Shown: piece after piece, positions 1 to 11,333 of the stretch
Layout: every line of letters begins with the position of its first letter
How positions within the stretch are numbered: position 1 is the stretch's first letter
NCBI GenBank assembly: GCA_026026165.1
Contig: JAPEUD010000075.1
Location: forward strand, 62,001 to 115,805
Origin: Sarea resinae
Taxonomy: Eukaryota
Direction of reading: 5' to 3'
Length of the DNA stretch: 53,805 nt
The notes under the pieces: model-generated
What the model was told of the DNA's origin: nothing
What the model saw: only the letters and a program-made list of their open reading frames with translations
Database searches by the model: none
Program-made: the position numbers and the translations under genes

Positions 1-328
1 CCGATATCCGTATCAGAAACTGATACGTCGAAAAAAGTAACGAAACGAGAGCGAAGGACTTCTCGTGCTTCACATAATCCAGCCACACTTTTGGGAGCTG
101 CATCAGGCTTGGATTGGAAGAAAGAAAAGGCCATGCGAGCTTTACAGCGAGAAGCACCAGGGCATGTACCTCTGTCAGAACAGGACACAGGATCTTTGCC
201 AATCAGGCGGTTACCAATGTCCAAATTACGTGCAGATAGTCCGGACTACACACTAGAGCCAACACATCCTCACCTCCGACCTTGACTGTCATGACCCTGA
301 AGGACGCGCGGTGGACCGCCAACAACTC

Positions 329-1198
329 TCACTTGTTGGCAGTCCACCACGCGACCTTCGGTCCCTCGGGTTCCCTGGTCTTCGAAGCAGCTCGACCCCT
401 TTGCCCCAGATCCATCTCTTCGCCGGTTGATTCCAGCTCTTCGACGACGTCATTGATCTCTGCCAGCTGCTGCCTAACCATACTTCTGACTCGGTCGGCA
501 CGACACATTGGTTCGGCCTGGCCCTGCTGAGGTTGCTGCTGATCCGGAAGACTTCTCACCGGCATTGGCCCCAATTCTATTTCTTCCATTCCGTTGTCAT
601 TCAACGAATACCCGTGGTCATAGCCAGGTATCACGATGGGAATGTGTCTTCCGCTTCCGCCGCCACGGCCTCTGGTAGAACTAGGGGTGGTGGTGCGTGG
701 GATGTGATGAGAAGCCCTGGTCGGGCTGGGAAGATGAACGATGGCAGAGTTAGGGATATGGCCGCCGGTGGTCCTGGTGCTTGTGAAGAAAGCCGTTCTG
801 TCTAGCGATGCGTTTCTCGCACCAAGGTCGTCGTTGGGGCCAGTCACGAATATCGGGTTGTTAGGATTGGGATCATTCGTCATCCCAGCCGAAGTTATAT
901 GATATAGTGGTCTGGGCGCAATTCCGGCATGAAGTGATCCGAAGGGATCTATCTCGGGACGAACATCCGCTAGAGTGTGGTGTCCGGCGTGATTATTTGA
1001 GAATATGTCGTGGTTGGCGGTGGCCGGTTGCGTAAGTGACGGAGTGAGAGCAAGAGAAATGCTGTCCCCATCGTGGTGGTCCTGGCGGCTGGCTTGTTGG
1101 CCAGCGCGTGCGTCTTCCTCAACGATGGTAGTCTGTGCTGCTTGGCGGCGGTCGTGACGGGCCTGGTTCCAGTCCCTGTTTGGTTGGTGATTAGACAT
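329..1198 (-). CDS. Hypothetical low-complexity protein; 3' end uncertain and may continue after an intron
   Basis: Long open frame (329..1348) with first ATG at 1198 (MSNHQPNRD...). The stop overlaps a GTGAGA donor-like site at 332. No recognisable domain. Confidence 0.5.
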   Translation of the reverse strand: MSNHQPNRDWNQARHDRRQAAQTTIVEEDARAGQQASRQDHHDGDSISLALTPSLTQPATANHDIFSNNHAGHHTLADVRPEIDPFGSLHAGIAPRPLYHITSAGMTNDPNPNNPIFVTGPNDDLGARNASLDRTAFFTSTRTTGGHIPNSAIVHLPSPTRASHHIPRTTTPSSTRGRGGGSGRHIPIVIPGYDHGYSLNDNGMEEIELGPMPVRSLPDQQQPQQGQAEPMCRADRVRSMVRQQLAEINDVVEELESTGEEMDLGQRGRAASKTREPEGPKVAWWTANK

Positions 1199-2084
1199 GT
1201 GAGGTAGAGGAAGATTTGCGGTTTCATGATAGAGCTGAGCTGATAGGAAAGAAATACGAAAGGGTGAGATCAAGATGCCTGAATCGTTCGCACGAGAAAA
1301 GGCCTCTTTCAGACTGATCTGAACTGATCTGAACGAAACAGAACTCAAGAACTTACTGGATCTACAACCACAAATGTTAGTCTCACACTTTCAAGATCTC
1401 AAACGGACGAAAGGAAGGGAAAGAAAGCAAATCAATGATAGACACGAGCAGTTCAAACACATACCTTCCAGGTGATCAACATTCCTATGGCAATCGCTAC
1501 TATCACACCTGCCAACGAGCCGACAATCACTTTAGACGTCATGTCAATCAAAAGACCAGTCATCTTGATTAACATTAGCTGTCTGCAGTCATATAGAAGG
1601 TCTGTATTGGATCACTTACTTTAATGTTATCGATCTGGGTGGTGGCTGTGATGGTTGTTCGATGTTGGTGCGAGATCGTTGTGGGGGTGAGATGCTTGTG
1701 CGAGAAAGAAGGTTCGTTTCGATCGAGGTGTGCGGGCTTTTGAAGTAGGGCATGATCGATTTGTGCAGTGTGCCCAAATGGGTCTTGATAATGGGGATGG
1801 CTGGAAGGTCATGACAGTGAATGTTGTGATGATTGAAGATGTTGGAAGTGAGCACATGATACCCGGAGGCAACAAGAAAGTTGAAAAGCATGGCATAGCA
1901 TGAGATTAGAAGGAGTTGAATTGAGAGATCCGCATCTCTTGGCAGCAATATAGACAGCAATGAATCAATTGAAACAATTCTGAACGTAAACCGTCATAGA
2001 AAGATGAGTACCCAGATCCAATACGCCAGGACTCTTGAGGGATCACCTTCTACTATACACTTTCCTATCCCATTCCCACTCTAA

Positions 2085-3497
2085 TCATACAAAATCCACG
2101 TTGAGACTCCAGCCTCCGTCCTGCCCTGATCTTCGAAATTCGACGCCATCACCGAAATACCCGGCATCATTCCACGACACCATAGTGAGTCCGTCGTAAG
2201 GTCCATGAGTTTCGCCTCCGTCGCGCGCATCTGACCAGCGATACTCCCATTGCTTGGTATCTCTAAGCCCATCCACTTCCTCTTCTAGAATATCGGCTTC
2301 GGGGGGATCAACCCAGTCGTCTCCTGTTTCTCGCTTGTATTGGCGCATAAGGACTTCACGCTCGGCTTCGTAGATGTCGGTCTGGCCGCGGGTGAGGAGT
2401 TGGTCTGCAGCATCTGTAATGGCTTCGACCTCTTCTCGTCGACGAGTCTCAGCTGGATCCTCCGCTGCTTTCTCGGCGTCAACGTCCATTTCGTCGTCCG
2501 CCTTTCGCTTATTTTTGTTCTTCTTCTGCTGCCACTTGGGCTTCTGCTTTTCGCGCCCTTTGCCTAATCGTGCCAAAGCTTCTAGGACCGTCTCACCCTT
2601 TTCCAATTTGGGGATCAGGTTTTTGAGGATGTCACTTGTTAGAAGTTGATCGTCTGCGAGGCTCTTCTGGCGTCGTTCTTGTTCCCTCTTCTCTTCAGCT
2701 TCTTTTGCACGCTTCAGATCTTTCTTGGAGATACCTTCGAGCCAAATATCGTGCCTAGCGTCCGGATCGGCGGCTTTCCTGACATAATTTCCTTGGGCGT
2801 CAAATTGCCCCTCCTCGAGTTCGTCCTTCATGTGAAATGCATCCAGTCGGGGAGCATGCGCCTTCTTGCCCCCAGCTCCAACCTCTTCGTCGACGTTATC
2901 ATCTACTCTCGCTCTCTTTTCGTCGTCATCCTCGCTCTCACTGCTGCTCTCCACCTCGGTTTCTCTCTGCTTCCCTTTCCCATTTAGCCCATTTAGGGAG
3001 AAATCGGCCTTGACGTGACCACCGGATTTACTTGCAAGGACCTGCCCTTCAATTTCCTTTTCATCCAGAAACCTCACGTCTTTCTTCTTTGTCTTGCCTT
3101 CCCGATTAAGCTCCTCGTCCTCATCTCCATCCTGTAAATCCTCCTCCAAGTCCGCAAATATGTCATTCTCGTCCTCAGCTTCGGTCTTGCCGCCATTTCC
3201 TTGATGCTTGGCTTCCCTTTCTTTCGCCTCCGCTCGAGCATCGAAGCCTTCGTTTGAACTATCCGACTCGTAGCCTTCTAGATTCACGGCATTTCGTTTT
3301 GTCTGCTGGCCCCCCTTTCCGATCTCGTCCAACTCCAGGATCAGGTCCTCTTCGGGTGCATCTGGAGCAAGTGTGGAAGGATTGCGAACGTCAAATCTGG
3401 CTTTCTTGGAGGAAGGTCCCTCGCCCTCGTCGTGGTGCACGCGGGCGAATTCCTCGCCGGCGCGTTTCGGGCGAGGTGCGGGTCTGCGGCCTGACAT
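2085..3497 (-). CDS. LIN1: U5 snRNP 52K / LIN1 (Snu40, CD2BP2)-like GYF-domain protein, 470 aa
   Basis: ATG 3497 (MSGRRPAPRPKR). Contains the 'LDAFHMKDELEEGQFDAQGNYV' and 'GETVLEALARLG' motifs and a C-terminal GYF domain (WEYRW...HGPYDGLTMVSWNDAGYF). Confidence 0.88.
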   Translation of the reverse strand: MSGRRPAPRPKRAGEEFARVHHDEGEGPSSKKARFDVRNPSTLAPDAPEEDLILELDEIGKGGQQTKRNAVNLEGYESDSSNEGFDARAEAKEREAKHQGNGGKTEAEDENDIFADLEEDLQDGDEDEELNREGKTKKKDVRFLDEKEIEGQVLASKSGGHVKADFSLNGLNGKGKQRETEVESSSESEDDDEKRARVDDNVDEEVGAGGKKAHAPRLDAFHMKDELEEGQFDAQGNYVRKAADPDARHDIWLEGISKKDLKRAKEAEEKREQERRQKSLADDQLLTSDILKNLIPKLEKGETVLEALARLGKGREKQKPKWQQKKNKNKRKADDEMDVDAEKAAEDPAETRRREEVEAITDAADQLLTRGQTDIYEAEREVLMRQYKRETGDDWVDPPEADILEEEVDGLRDTKQWEYRWSDARDGGETHGPYDGLTMVSWNDAGYFGDGVEFRRSGQDGGWSLNVDFV

Positions 3498-3984
3498 GAT
3501 GCAGATTTGGAGACTCCCAGGGCTGTCATTCAATTTGGAGGAGGGGGCAATAGCTGTAAACTGTTTCCTGCTGCTTCTGTACTCATCGTAAACGAGTTGA
3601 CTGCCTGTTATCTGTTGTCTCTGTTGCCTCACGAGAGTGAGGACGCGAATGAAGTTGGATGGCCCGATCGGGTTTAGCGCAGCCGAGCCAGTTGTATGAC
3701 GTCCCGCGGTGACCGTTCTACGCCTTCCATAGCAACACTAACACAGCTCGCAGCACAAAGACAGTGAAGCAAAGCATCTACGAACATCTGCGAACGCGCC
3801 AAAGCTCTCTCGAGCCCGTCGACGATAGAGGGCCTTCTCATGCGTCTTGTCCTGCTTCTTCGAGCCATCTACTAAGTTCAATATTGCCATCGACATCTCA
3901 TTCACTTGAGGCGTTCCGGTCACCGTCATCTCCCACTACTGATATCTATCTCTCTTTCGTCGCCATTCAAACCTCATCGCCATC

Positions 3985-5321
3985 ATGGTAAGCTTGCCTT
4001 TGTCTTCTCTGCTCAGCGGTACTCCTCTTGACATCTCACGGTAGTTTTCCCAAAACTTCTACGACGATAACGACCCGATGAGCATGTATCATGCTGCCAT
4101 GATGCGCAGGCCTGGCGCTACTCCTCGCCGCTTCGATGAATACTTTCGCTGCTATCCTGTTGTCATGATGCCCGGCCCAGAACGAGAGAGCGCCAACCAT
4201 GGAGGCAAAGTGTTCCTGCCAGCCAGTGCACTTGAAAAGTTGACAAGGCTTCACATCTCCTACCCTATGCTGTTCGAGTTGATCAACGGAGCAAAGGAGA
4301 GAACGACCCATGCCGGAGTTCTAGAGTTCACCGCAGAGGAGGGAAAGATCTATCTACCTTTCTGGGTACGTTCTTTGACCACGATCGAATTTACTGACGG
4401 GGGCCACTCGGCTTTCGGATTATCCTTCATACTGACGTGAAATAGATCATGCAAACCCTCCTACTGGAACCCGGTGATCTCCTCCAGGTCAAGTCCACCG
4501 ATCTACCCCCTGGAGAATTCATCAAGCTACAACCGCAGTCGACTGCGTTCCTTGACATTACCGATCCAAAAGCAGTGCTGGAGAATGCGTTCCGCAATTT
4601 CTCGTGTCTATCAAAAGGCGACGTGTTCACCTTTTCCTATAACGACCAAACATACGAGATGGCGGTGTTGGAGACAAAACCAGACACAGATAAGCATGCC
4701 ATCGGCGTGCTGGAGACGGATTTGTCGGTCGACTTTGCGCCTCCTGTCGGGTATCAAGAGCCAACACGGCAGAGTGGTGCAAGCACCCCTCAGAGTGGCG
4801 CAGGTGGCCTGCCATCCGGAGGTCTTTTGCACAACCAAGGAACCATGGCCCAAGCGATCAACTACACGTCAATTGCGCCATCTTCGTCAACGGCAGAAGC
4901 CGGGAGTAAGGCTGTCTCTTCGAATTTTCTCATTGGCGGTCAAAAGCTCTCATCAAAGAGGGGCAGCAAAGCGCCAACGCCGAAACCATCCACACCTGTT
5001 GCTGGCGTCTCTACCAACGCTGAGCCGAAGCCTTACGTGCGAAGGACAGCTGGACCCCAGCCCTTACGTCTACCTCCGGGAAAGCTTTTCTTCGGTTATG
5101 AGATTAAGCCGCTGAAAAAGAAGGGCGAAGAGGCCGAGATTGGCGACTCGCAGCAGACCTTCCAGGGCTCTGGCCAGACGTTGAGAGCGGGGAAGAAGAG
5201 AGGTGATGGTACCGGTGATGCGGCATCGAAAGCCAAAGAGAAGGATTCAGACGTCGAGATGAAGGATTCTGATAGTGGACCGCGCGCTGGAGGGCGAACG
5301 TTGAGAAGCACTCCGAAGTAG
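3985..5321 (+). CDS. UFD1: Ubiquitin fusion degradation protein Ufd1 (Cdc48 cofactor); exons 3985-3987, 4045-4365, 4446-5321
   Basis: 'FDEYFRCYP', 'GGKVFLPASALEKL', 'THAGVLEFTAEEGKIYLP', 'ITDPKAVLENAFRNFSCL' and the C-terminal 'FQGSGQTLR' SHP box. Two GT-AG introns restore the frame. Confidence 0.96.
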
Positions 5322-6228
5322 GCTTTGCATAATAGCTCACCACTCTATCAGGCATATTGGCGTTGATGGGTCGGCGTTAGGTGATGTGGCCACATCGCAC
5401 CGACATCTTTCCGTAATCATAGGAGCACTGACTCAGATTGACATCTCTATATCTGTGTCTGATATGAATAGTATTTATTTACGAACCCATTGCTAGCAAC
5501 TCTGCTCAAACAGTGCGTCCGATAGAGGCACGCTAGCAAGTGCAGAGCAGAATTCAAGACAGTCGTAACGGTCATAGTTGCTCATTGTCTCGATATGGTA
5601 TGTTGGCTGGACGGCCCTGCTTGGAGTTGCCATGTTATTTTTCGCTTCATACCATCCTCTACTTGCGAATCTTGAATTTCGTTGTCCCTTAGTCTTTCTT
5701 TCTAGTTTTGTTGTTCAATGTGCTTCCAATCTCTGCTGCTAATATCGGGGATGGCTTCATTGTCCCATGGTCAACGTGCGACAAAGAATTCCTTAGCCTA
5801 TAGGCTCGACTATGTTCCTATACCACTAACAATGCTGTTGTTCAACCCTTTCATAGCCTTTGCTTCCATATTCTCTTTGAACAGTACCTTTTAGAAAATC
5901 TTACTAATTTATATATGAATCTTTTTTTTCGCTAAAACCGATCTAGTCGTTTTCATGTTCACGCACCCATTTCTCATTTGATCGCGGAACAGGTTCTTTG
6001 TCTTCAATCTATCGTTGTTGTCGTTCGACGCTGGATAGGATTTTCAACAATGGGATTGTTCCGTTCTTCCGATACCAAACTGCAAAAATAGCCTCAAACC
6101 TCTTAATAGATCCTTTGTCCTCGTTCCTGAACTGTTCCCGTTTCCTCTACCATTCTTTCAAGTCTGACCTCAAACCTCGACTCCATCCCAAGGTCGCCCT
6201 CCTCCGCAATGGCATTCCTTCCCATCAG

Positions 6229-6237
6229 TATAAAAAG
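6229..6237 (+). promoter_or_regulatory. Candidate TATA box upstream of the kinase gene
   Basis: TATAAAAAG about 215 nt before the likely ATG (6444), followed by a GTAAGT donor at 6315 that suggests a 5'UTR intron. Confidence 0.4.
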
Positions 6238-6443
6238 GGTCCGACTCCCCATCTTCCACTCCCTATCAAGATTCTACTTGGTCACAAATGGTGCCCTGTT
6301 CAATTACAAATTGGGTAAGTCTTCCCTTCTGTGGCACCGCATTTCTGCTTTCATCCATCTACGTTTGCGTTTCATACTACTGTGACCTAAACAAAAGCGA
6401 GCTTAAAACCAGAAGAACCACCATATCTGTGCCGGTCGCAAAT

Positions 6444-8366
6444 ATGGAGATTCATCGCGACAACAAATCGAGCGGCGGCCCAGAGCTGGTAGGCAAATAC
6501 CACGGCCAGCCCTACTATCCGCAGCACGATCGCAACCACCGCGCCCGTGGCCCCGTTACCAAACGTCGTCATCCCTATCATAATGTCAAGGGAGTTGCGG
6601 CGCCTTTACCGAAGAAAGTTCGCAAGGGGCTTCGGGAACTGAAGTCCAAGGAGGCAGCCCAGATCGACAATCGCGAGAAACAGGTTCGTCATCGGTGCAT
6701 CGGCGGGCTCAAGGGGCTAGCCGATCGAGCAGCCAAACGGCGCAACAAGGCGCAGAAAGAGGTCGAGCGACTCGAGAAAGAGAAGCAGCACGAGGCCGAG
6801 ATCGAGCGGCAAGCGGAGATATTGCTCGCCGAATTCGAAAAGGCCGATGAAACTGAAGAGGAGGGCGAGATCTTTTCGGACGGAGAGGGTGAGTGTGAGC
6901 AAAAGGAAGATCAACCACAGTTGATCCTCTTCGACCCTCAATTTTCGTCTCTCCGCCCCGAGGACTATTTCGTCCCAGCTAATGAGCACAAACAGGCTCC
7001 TCCATGGCGGCTTTCTCTGGCGTCCAATCCTTTCTCCGACTACAAATTGCTGAGCCAATCCGAATGTTCGTTTACTGACCCGCTCGCAAATTGCCTCGCC
7101 CGCGAGCTCTCCGCCGCTCTCAAGAAACGCGAGCAGCCGCTTCGAGAGCCTCGGTGCCAATCAAAGCCCTCGCTCCCTTCCGAAGTCATCTCTCTCCCTC
7201 CCACGTCCACCAGAACAGGAGACTGGCACGCACTCTCGTCGCGCACCTTGCGCCAAGCCAACCCCTTCCAAGACGACCTCGAAGACGACGAAGCCCCACC
7301 ACTCCCGCGCCGCAACCGGCCCCTCTACATCGAATGGTCGCGCCTCGGCAGCGGCGGCCAAGGAACATGCGACCTAGTCCGGCAGCCGGGCCCGACGGGC
7401 GTCTTCCTCGTGCGCAAACGATTCCACGCCTCGCCGCACTCGACGACGTTCATCAAGACGCGCAACGCGCACAGCGGCGCCGACGAGACCGTGGACATGG
7501 AGACGTACATCCTGCGCGACGTGCTGGTGGCGCCGCACGAGAACATCGCGCGCCTGGTCGACAGCTTCTCGGACCCGCACCACGGCGCCACGGAGCTCTT
7601 CTTCGAGTACTGCGACGGCGGCGACCTGCACGGCCTCATCCGCCAGTACCGCGCCCGCACGGCCGTCGTGCCCGAGGCCTTTGTCTGGCACGTCTTCCTG
7701 CAGCTCGCGAAAGCCCTGGCCTATCTCCACTCGGGCATCGTGTTCGACGAGGGCGACGAATGCGCCACGGCGCGCTATCCGCTCGAGACCTGGCACGCCG
7801 TGCTGCACCGGGACCTGAAGCCGGCCAACATCCTGCTGAGCCTGCCCGCCGCGGGTATCACCAGCAGCGGCGGCGGCGGCGGCGGTGGTGGCAGCAAGGC
7901 CGTCTTATATCCGACGATCAAACTGGCCGATTTCGGCATGTCCTCACACACGGCGTCGAGCACGCACCGGCGCACCTTCCACGGCGGCACGGTCGCCTTC
8001 CAGCCGCCGGAGCTGCCCCTGACGACCGAGGCGTCCGACATGTGGGCGCTGGGGGCGGTGGTGCACGCGCTGTGCCACGGCGGGCTGCCGCCGATCGGGC
8101 GCCTGCCCAGCGAGTGGGACAGCTCGCCGGCCAACTGGCGCGCCTGGGAGGCCAACCCGTATGCGCGCGAGATGGAGCCGCTGGCGGCGTGCTACTCGGA
8201 CGCGCTGGACGGCTGGATGGCGCGCTGCTTGGACTTTGATCACGAGGCCAGGGTCAAGGCGTGGGAGGCCGTTGTCATGATGGGGCCTGAGGCGAGGGCG
8301 AGGCGTGAGAGCGGCTTCGTGGAGTTGGAGAAGTGGGGGGTGGAGGGCGGCGGGGTCGTGTGGTGA
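6444..8366 (+). CDS. Ser/Thr protein kinase, NIMA/NEK-like catalytic domain with a long charged N-terminal extension
   Basis: LGSGGQG, VRK, FEYCDGGDL, 'PEAFVWHVFLQLAKALAYLH', HRDLKPANILL, KLADFG, GT..FQPPE, SDMWALG. The start is either 6444 or 6288. Confidence 0.85.
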   Translation: MEIHRDNKSSGGPELVGKYHGQPYYPQHDRNHRARGPVTKRRHPYHNVKGVAAPLPKKVRKGLRELKSKEAAQIDNREKQVRHRCIGGLKGLADRAAKRRNKAQKEVERLEKEKQHEAEIERQAEILLAEFEKADETEEEGEIFSDGEGECEQKEDQPQLILFDPQFSSLRPEDYFVPANEHKQAPPWRLSLASNPFSDYKLLSQSECSFTDPLANCLARELSAALKKREQPLREPRCQSKPSLPSEVISLPPTSTRTGDWHALSSRTLRQANPFQDDLEDDEAPPLPRRNRPLYIEWSRLGSGGQGTCDLVRQPGPTGVFLVRKRFHASPHSTTFIKTRNAHSGADETVDMETYILRDVLVAPHENIARLVDSFSDPHHGATELFFEYCDGGDLHGLIRQYRARTAVVPEAFVWHVFLQLAKALAYLHSGIVFDEGDECATARYPLETWHAVLHRDLKPANILLSLPAAGITSSGGGGGGGGSKAVLYPTIKLADFGMSSHTASSTHRRTFHGGTVAFQPPELPLTTEASDMWALGAVVHALCHGGLPPIGRLPSEWDSSPANWRAWEANPYAREMEPLAACYSDALDGWMARCLDFDHEARVKAWEAVVMMGPEARARRESGFVELEKWGVEGGGVVW

Positions 8367-9177
8367 GTTTTCTCCCTCGTCTGTATTTGTTGCCCTTTTT
8401 GGCTTTTTTGGCTTTTTGGGCTTTTTGGGCTTTTTTTTTTTCGCTTTTTGCTTTGTAGGGACGGGCCTGGGCAGGTGAGTTTGTTTTTTTTTTATTACGT
8501 GTTTTTTTGTGCTGTCGGTTTTTTTTTTTCCTTTCGGGGGATTTGAATAGTTATGTTTGCTTTCGTTCCTACAGTAGACCACGCATTCGCATTTCCTCTA
8601 GCAATCCAGGATCCCCTTAACGCCCTCCTGGTTTTCCCTGGTGACTGTCATGTTTGCCGGTGCCCTTCTTTGTACTTTGCTATTCTTCCTATCCAGTCTT
8701 TCCCTTCCCTAACCTATCACACCTCGCCCCGCTTAAGAGACCAATTTCAAGTTTTCAGAAACTATCGTATGTTCCTCTTTTTCCATCTCTGGCCCTAAGT
8801 CTACTATAGAAAGAAGAGAGAAGAGAACAGAACAGAATACGAGGAGAGCAAGAGAAATCATTTCTTAGATCCATTGAATGGATTGATTTCGATGTAGTCT
8901 CTAGTGCTAGATCTCCCCCCCCTCGCGACCGAAATGACGACCTGATTAGCTTAACTACAGTGCGTTAGAGCTACCTACCTACCTTAGCTAGCTAGTTACA
9001 AGTAACGCCGGGGATAGAAGGCCGGAGAGGAAGGAAGGATGGAAGGAGGATGAGATAAGTAAGATAAGAAAGCCTCCCCATCGCCGCCGCCGCCACCTCC
9101 CTTTCCCCTTGAACGGCCAAAGCGCGATACCAAAGTGACAGACGAACAAACAACTTTTGTCCTCCTCATCTACTCGT

Positions 9178-11333
9178 CTACTCGTCGTCATCATCTTCGT
9201 AGTACTGATGCATTCCACCAGCCCCCGCACCGCCGCCGACGCCGCCGCCGACGCCGCCGCCAAGGGTACCAAACTGGAACAAGCCCGCGCCGCCGCCCGC
9301 GGCCGAATAGCCCGACGCAGAACCCGGAGCCCGAGACCAGGAAGACGAAAAGCCGACTCCGATCTCATCGTCGTCTCCGTCTCCGTCTTCATCTCCGTCT
9401 TCGTCATCATCGTCGTAGAGATTGTTGGTATTGCTGCTACTGCTGTCGGGCAATCCCAACACCAAGCCCATACCGCTCGCTCCGCCGCCGCTCATCCAGC
9501 CGCTGTTGCCCTTGATGGCCCCGACGGGTTTGACGCCGCTGATGTAGCCTGTGCCGTTGATGTCGTGGTCGTTGTAGGCGAGACCGCCCATGCTGTCGGG
9601 GGCGATGGAATCAGAGAAGGTTGCATGACCTGCGTTTCGCAGACCGTGAGCCAGGCCGTCGTCGTCGTCGTAGTCGTCATCGTCGTCGTAGGCGGCGACT
9701 GAGCAAGAGGCCGAGGAGCTGGAGTCGAGGAGGTTGAATTGGCGGCCGCGGGCCTTGGATGGCGTGGTGCTAGTGTTGGCGGTTTTGCCGCTGCTGTTGT
9801 CTTTCTTGGCCTGCGTCTGGGCTTGTCGCTGGGGCTGGCTCCTGGGTTGAGGGTAGCGTGGAAGCGCTCGTGATGTTGATGTGGCCGTCTCGTTGGCATC
9901 GTCTCCGGTTTCGTGGTCGTTCATTGCGATGTCGTCATCGTCGTCGTTCTCGAGGGCCGCGGATGGTCTAGTCTTGGTCGTGGCGTTCGTGATACGACCA
10001 CGGCCGCGACTGCGATCTTCGTCTTCGTGATTCTCATCGTCTTCATCTTCATTATCATCGAGGAGTTCGAGTTTGACGATACCGTTCCCCCTGGGTTTTG
10101 CTTTGGGCTTGGCCTTGGCTAGATTACCGGCCTTTGGCGTCAAACTGGTATTGGCGGGTTTAGTCACCCGGCCGCTTAGGACGCCTTGCGATGTGGAGGC
10201 GGAGGCAGTGTGCTGTCTCTTGCTACTCGCGTTTGCATTTCTGTTGGCGTTTTGATTACTGTTTGAGTGAATACTTGGGGGACTGTTGGTGATGGCAATG
10301 GTGTCAGCGTTGGCGCTACCGTTAGCGCTGCCGTCGGAATTGGCGTTGGCGTTGGCGTTGGAATTAGCGTTGGAATTAGCCCTGGGAGCTAGACCACGCA
10401 GTTGGCGCTGACCAAGGTGAGCTGTTGTTGATGTCGGTGGTAGGGGCGTTGATCGTTTTCGACTCGGAACCGGTAATCTGAAAGTGATGGCGTCTTCATC
10501 TTCCTCGTCTGACGAGATATATGAAAAGGGGATGGGGCTCTTCGGTAGAGCAGCAGCTCCAGATGTTGTCGCTGCCACGGCTCCAGATGTTGTCGCTGCC
10601 ACGGCTCCAGCTCTGCCGGCCTTTTTTCCAGCTGTCGTTCTCCCGGAACCAGCCTTGGCTTTAGCTTTACCAGCACCGCTTCCGCTGCCATTGCCCTTGG
10701 TAGGAGTGCCGCTGCCGTTAGGAGTCACTATGCCGCCACGGGGGGGAGCAGGAGCGCGGATCCCGTTTTCGATCTCAGCGCGTAGCTTGCTGGCTTCTTT
10801 CTTGATGATTCGGAAGCGGCCCTCGATGCTGTCGTAGGTGGCGCCCTCGCCGTACATGCTTGCGATGCGGCGGTAGTCGAGCTGACGGGGAAAAGAAAGT
10901 TAGTGGTGAGGGGTGAGATTGGAGGAAGAAGAGGTCAGGTGGAAAACCGGGCGATGCGCAGAGAACGTAAGTAGAGATAAAAGAGTAGAAAGTTAGAGGA
11001 AAAGGTAGAAAATAAAATAGATAAGAAAGAGAGTATATTCATGACACAAAGTAAACGAGTAGTTCCATTGGCACACCTCACACCAAAAGCTAGACAATGC
11101 GTAGTCTCCCCGGAGTGTGAATATATCACTGGAGGCGAAGGGGAGAACCAGACCGCCACACAGCTCATCAAACAATCAAACCCGCCCACACGACATCGTT
11201 AGTAGAGGTGAGAGATCGAAAGGCCTAGAAGATCGAAAAATAAAGACCAAAATACCTTCATCTCCGGCGCCGCGGCCACAATAGCAGCCAGGAGCCGTGT
11301 GAACGACTCGGTAGATTTCCAGTCGATAGGCAT
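9178..11333 (-). CDS. Cluster gene A: Myb/SANT-like N-terminal domain plus disordered tail, ~593 aa; exons 11333-11256, 10881-9178
   Basis: Spliced N-terminus MPIDWKSTESFTRLLAAIVAAAPEMK|LDYRRIASMYGEGATYDSIEGRFRIIKKEA. The 374-nt intron has GTATTT...CTAAC...CAG signals. Confidence 0.85.
10556..10610. repeat. 24-nt tandem duplication inside gene A (GAVAATTS x2)
   Basis: GCTCCAGATGTTGTCGCTGCCACG x2 plus a partial copy. Confidence 0.9.

Noticed and set aside
1616..1960. Overlapping short minus-strand ORFs between the first two genes
   Set aside because: Non-ATG or weak starts, no motif and no convincing splice model.
7091..8239. 382-aa alternative-frame ORF and antisense ORFs over the kinase
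   Set aside because: Shadow ORFs caused by very high GC3. They are Arg/Pro/Ala-rich with no motifs.
7300..8350. Abrupt GC rise suggesting horizontal transfer
   Set aside because: The same GC3 rise occurs within clearly native genes (NOP2, COF1, HSP60 3' end), and the kinase is of eukaryotic type.
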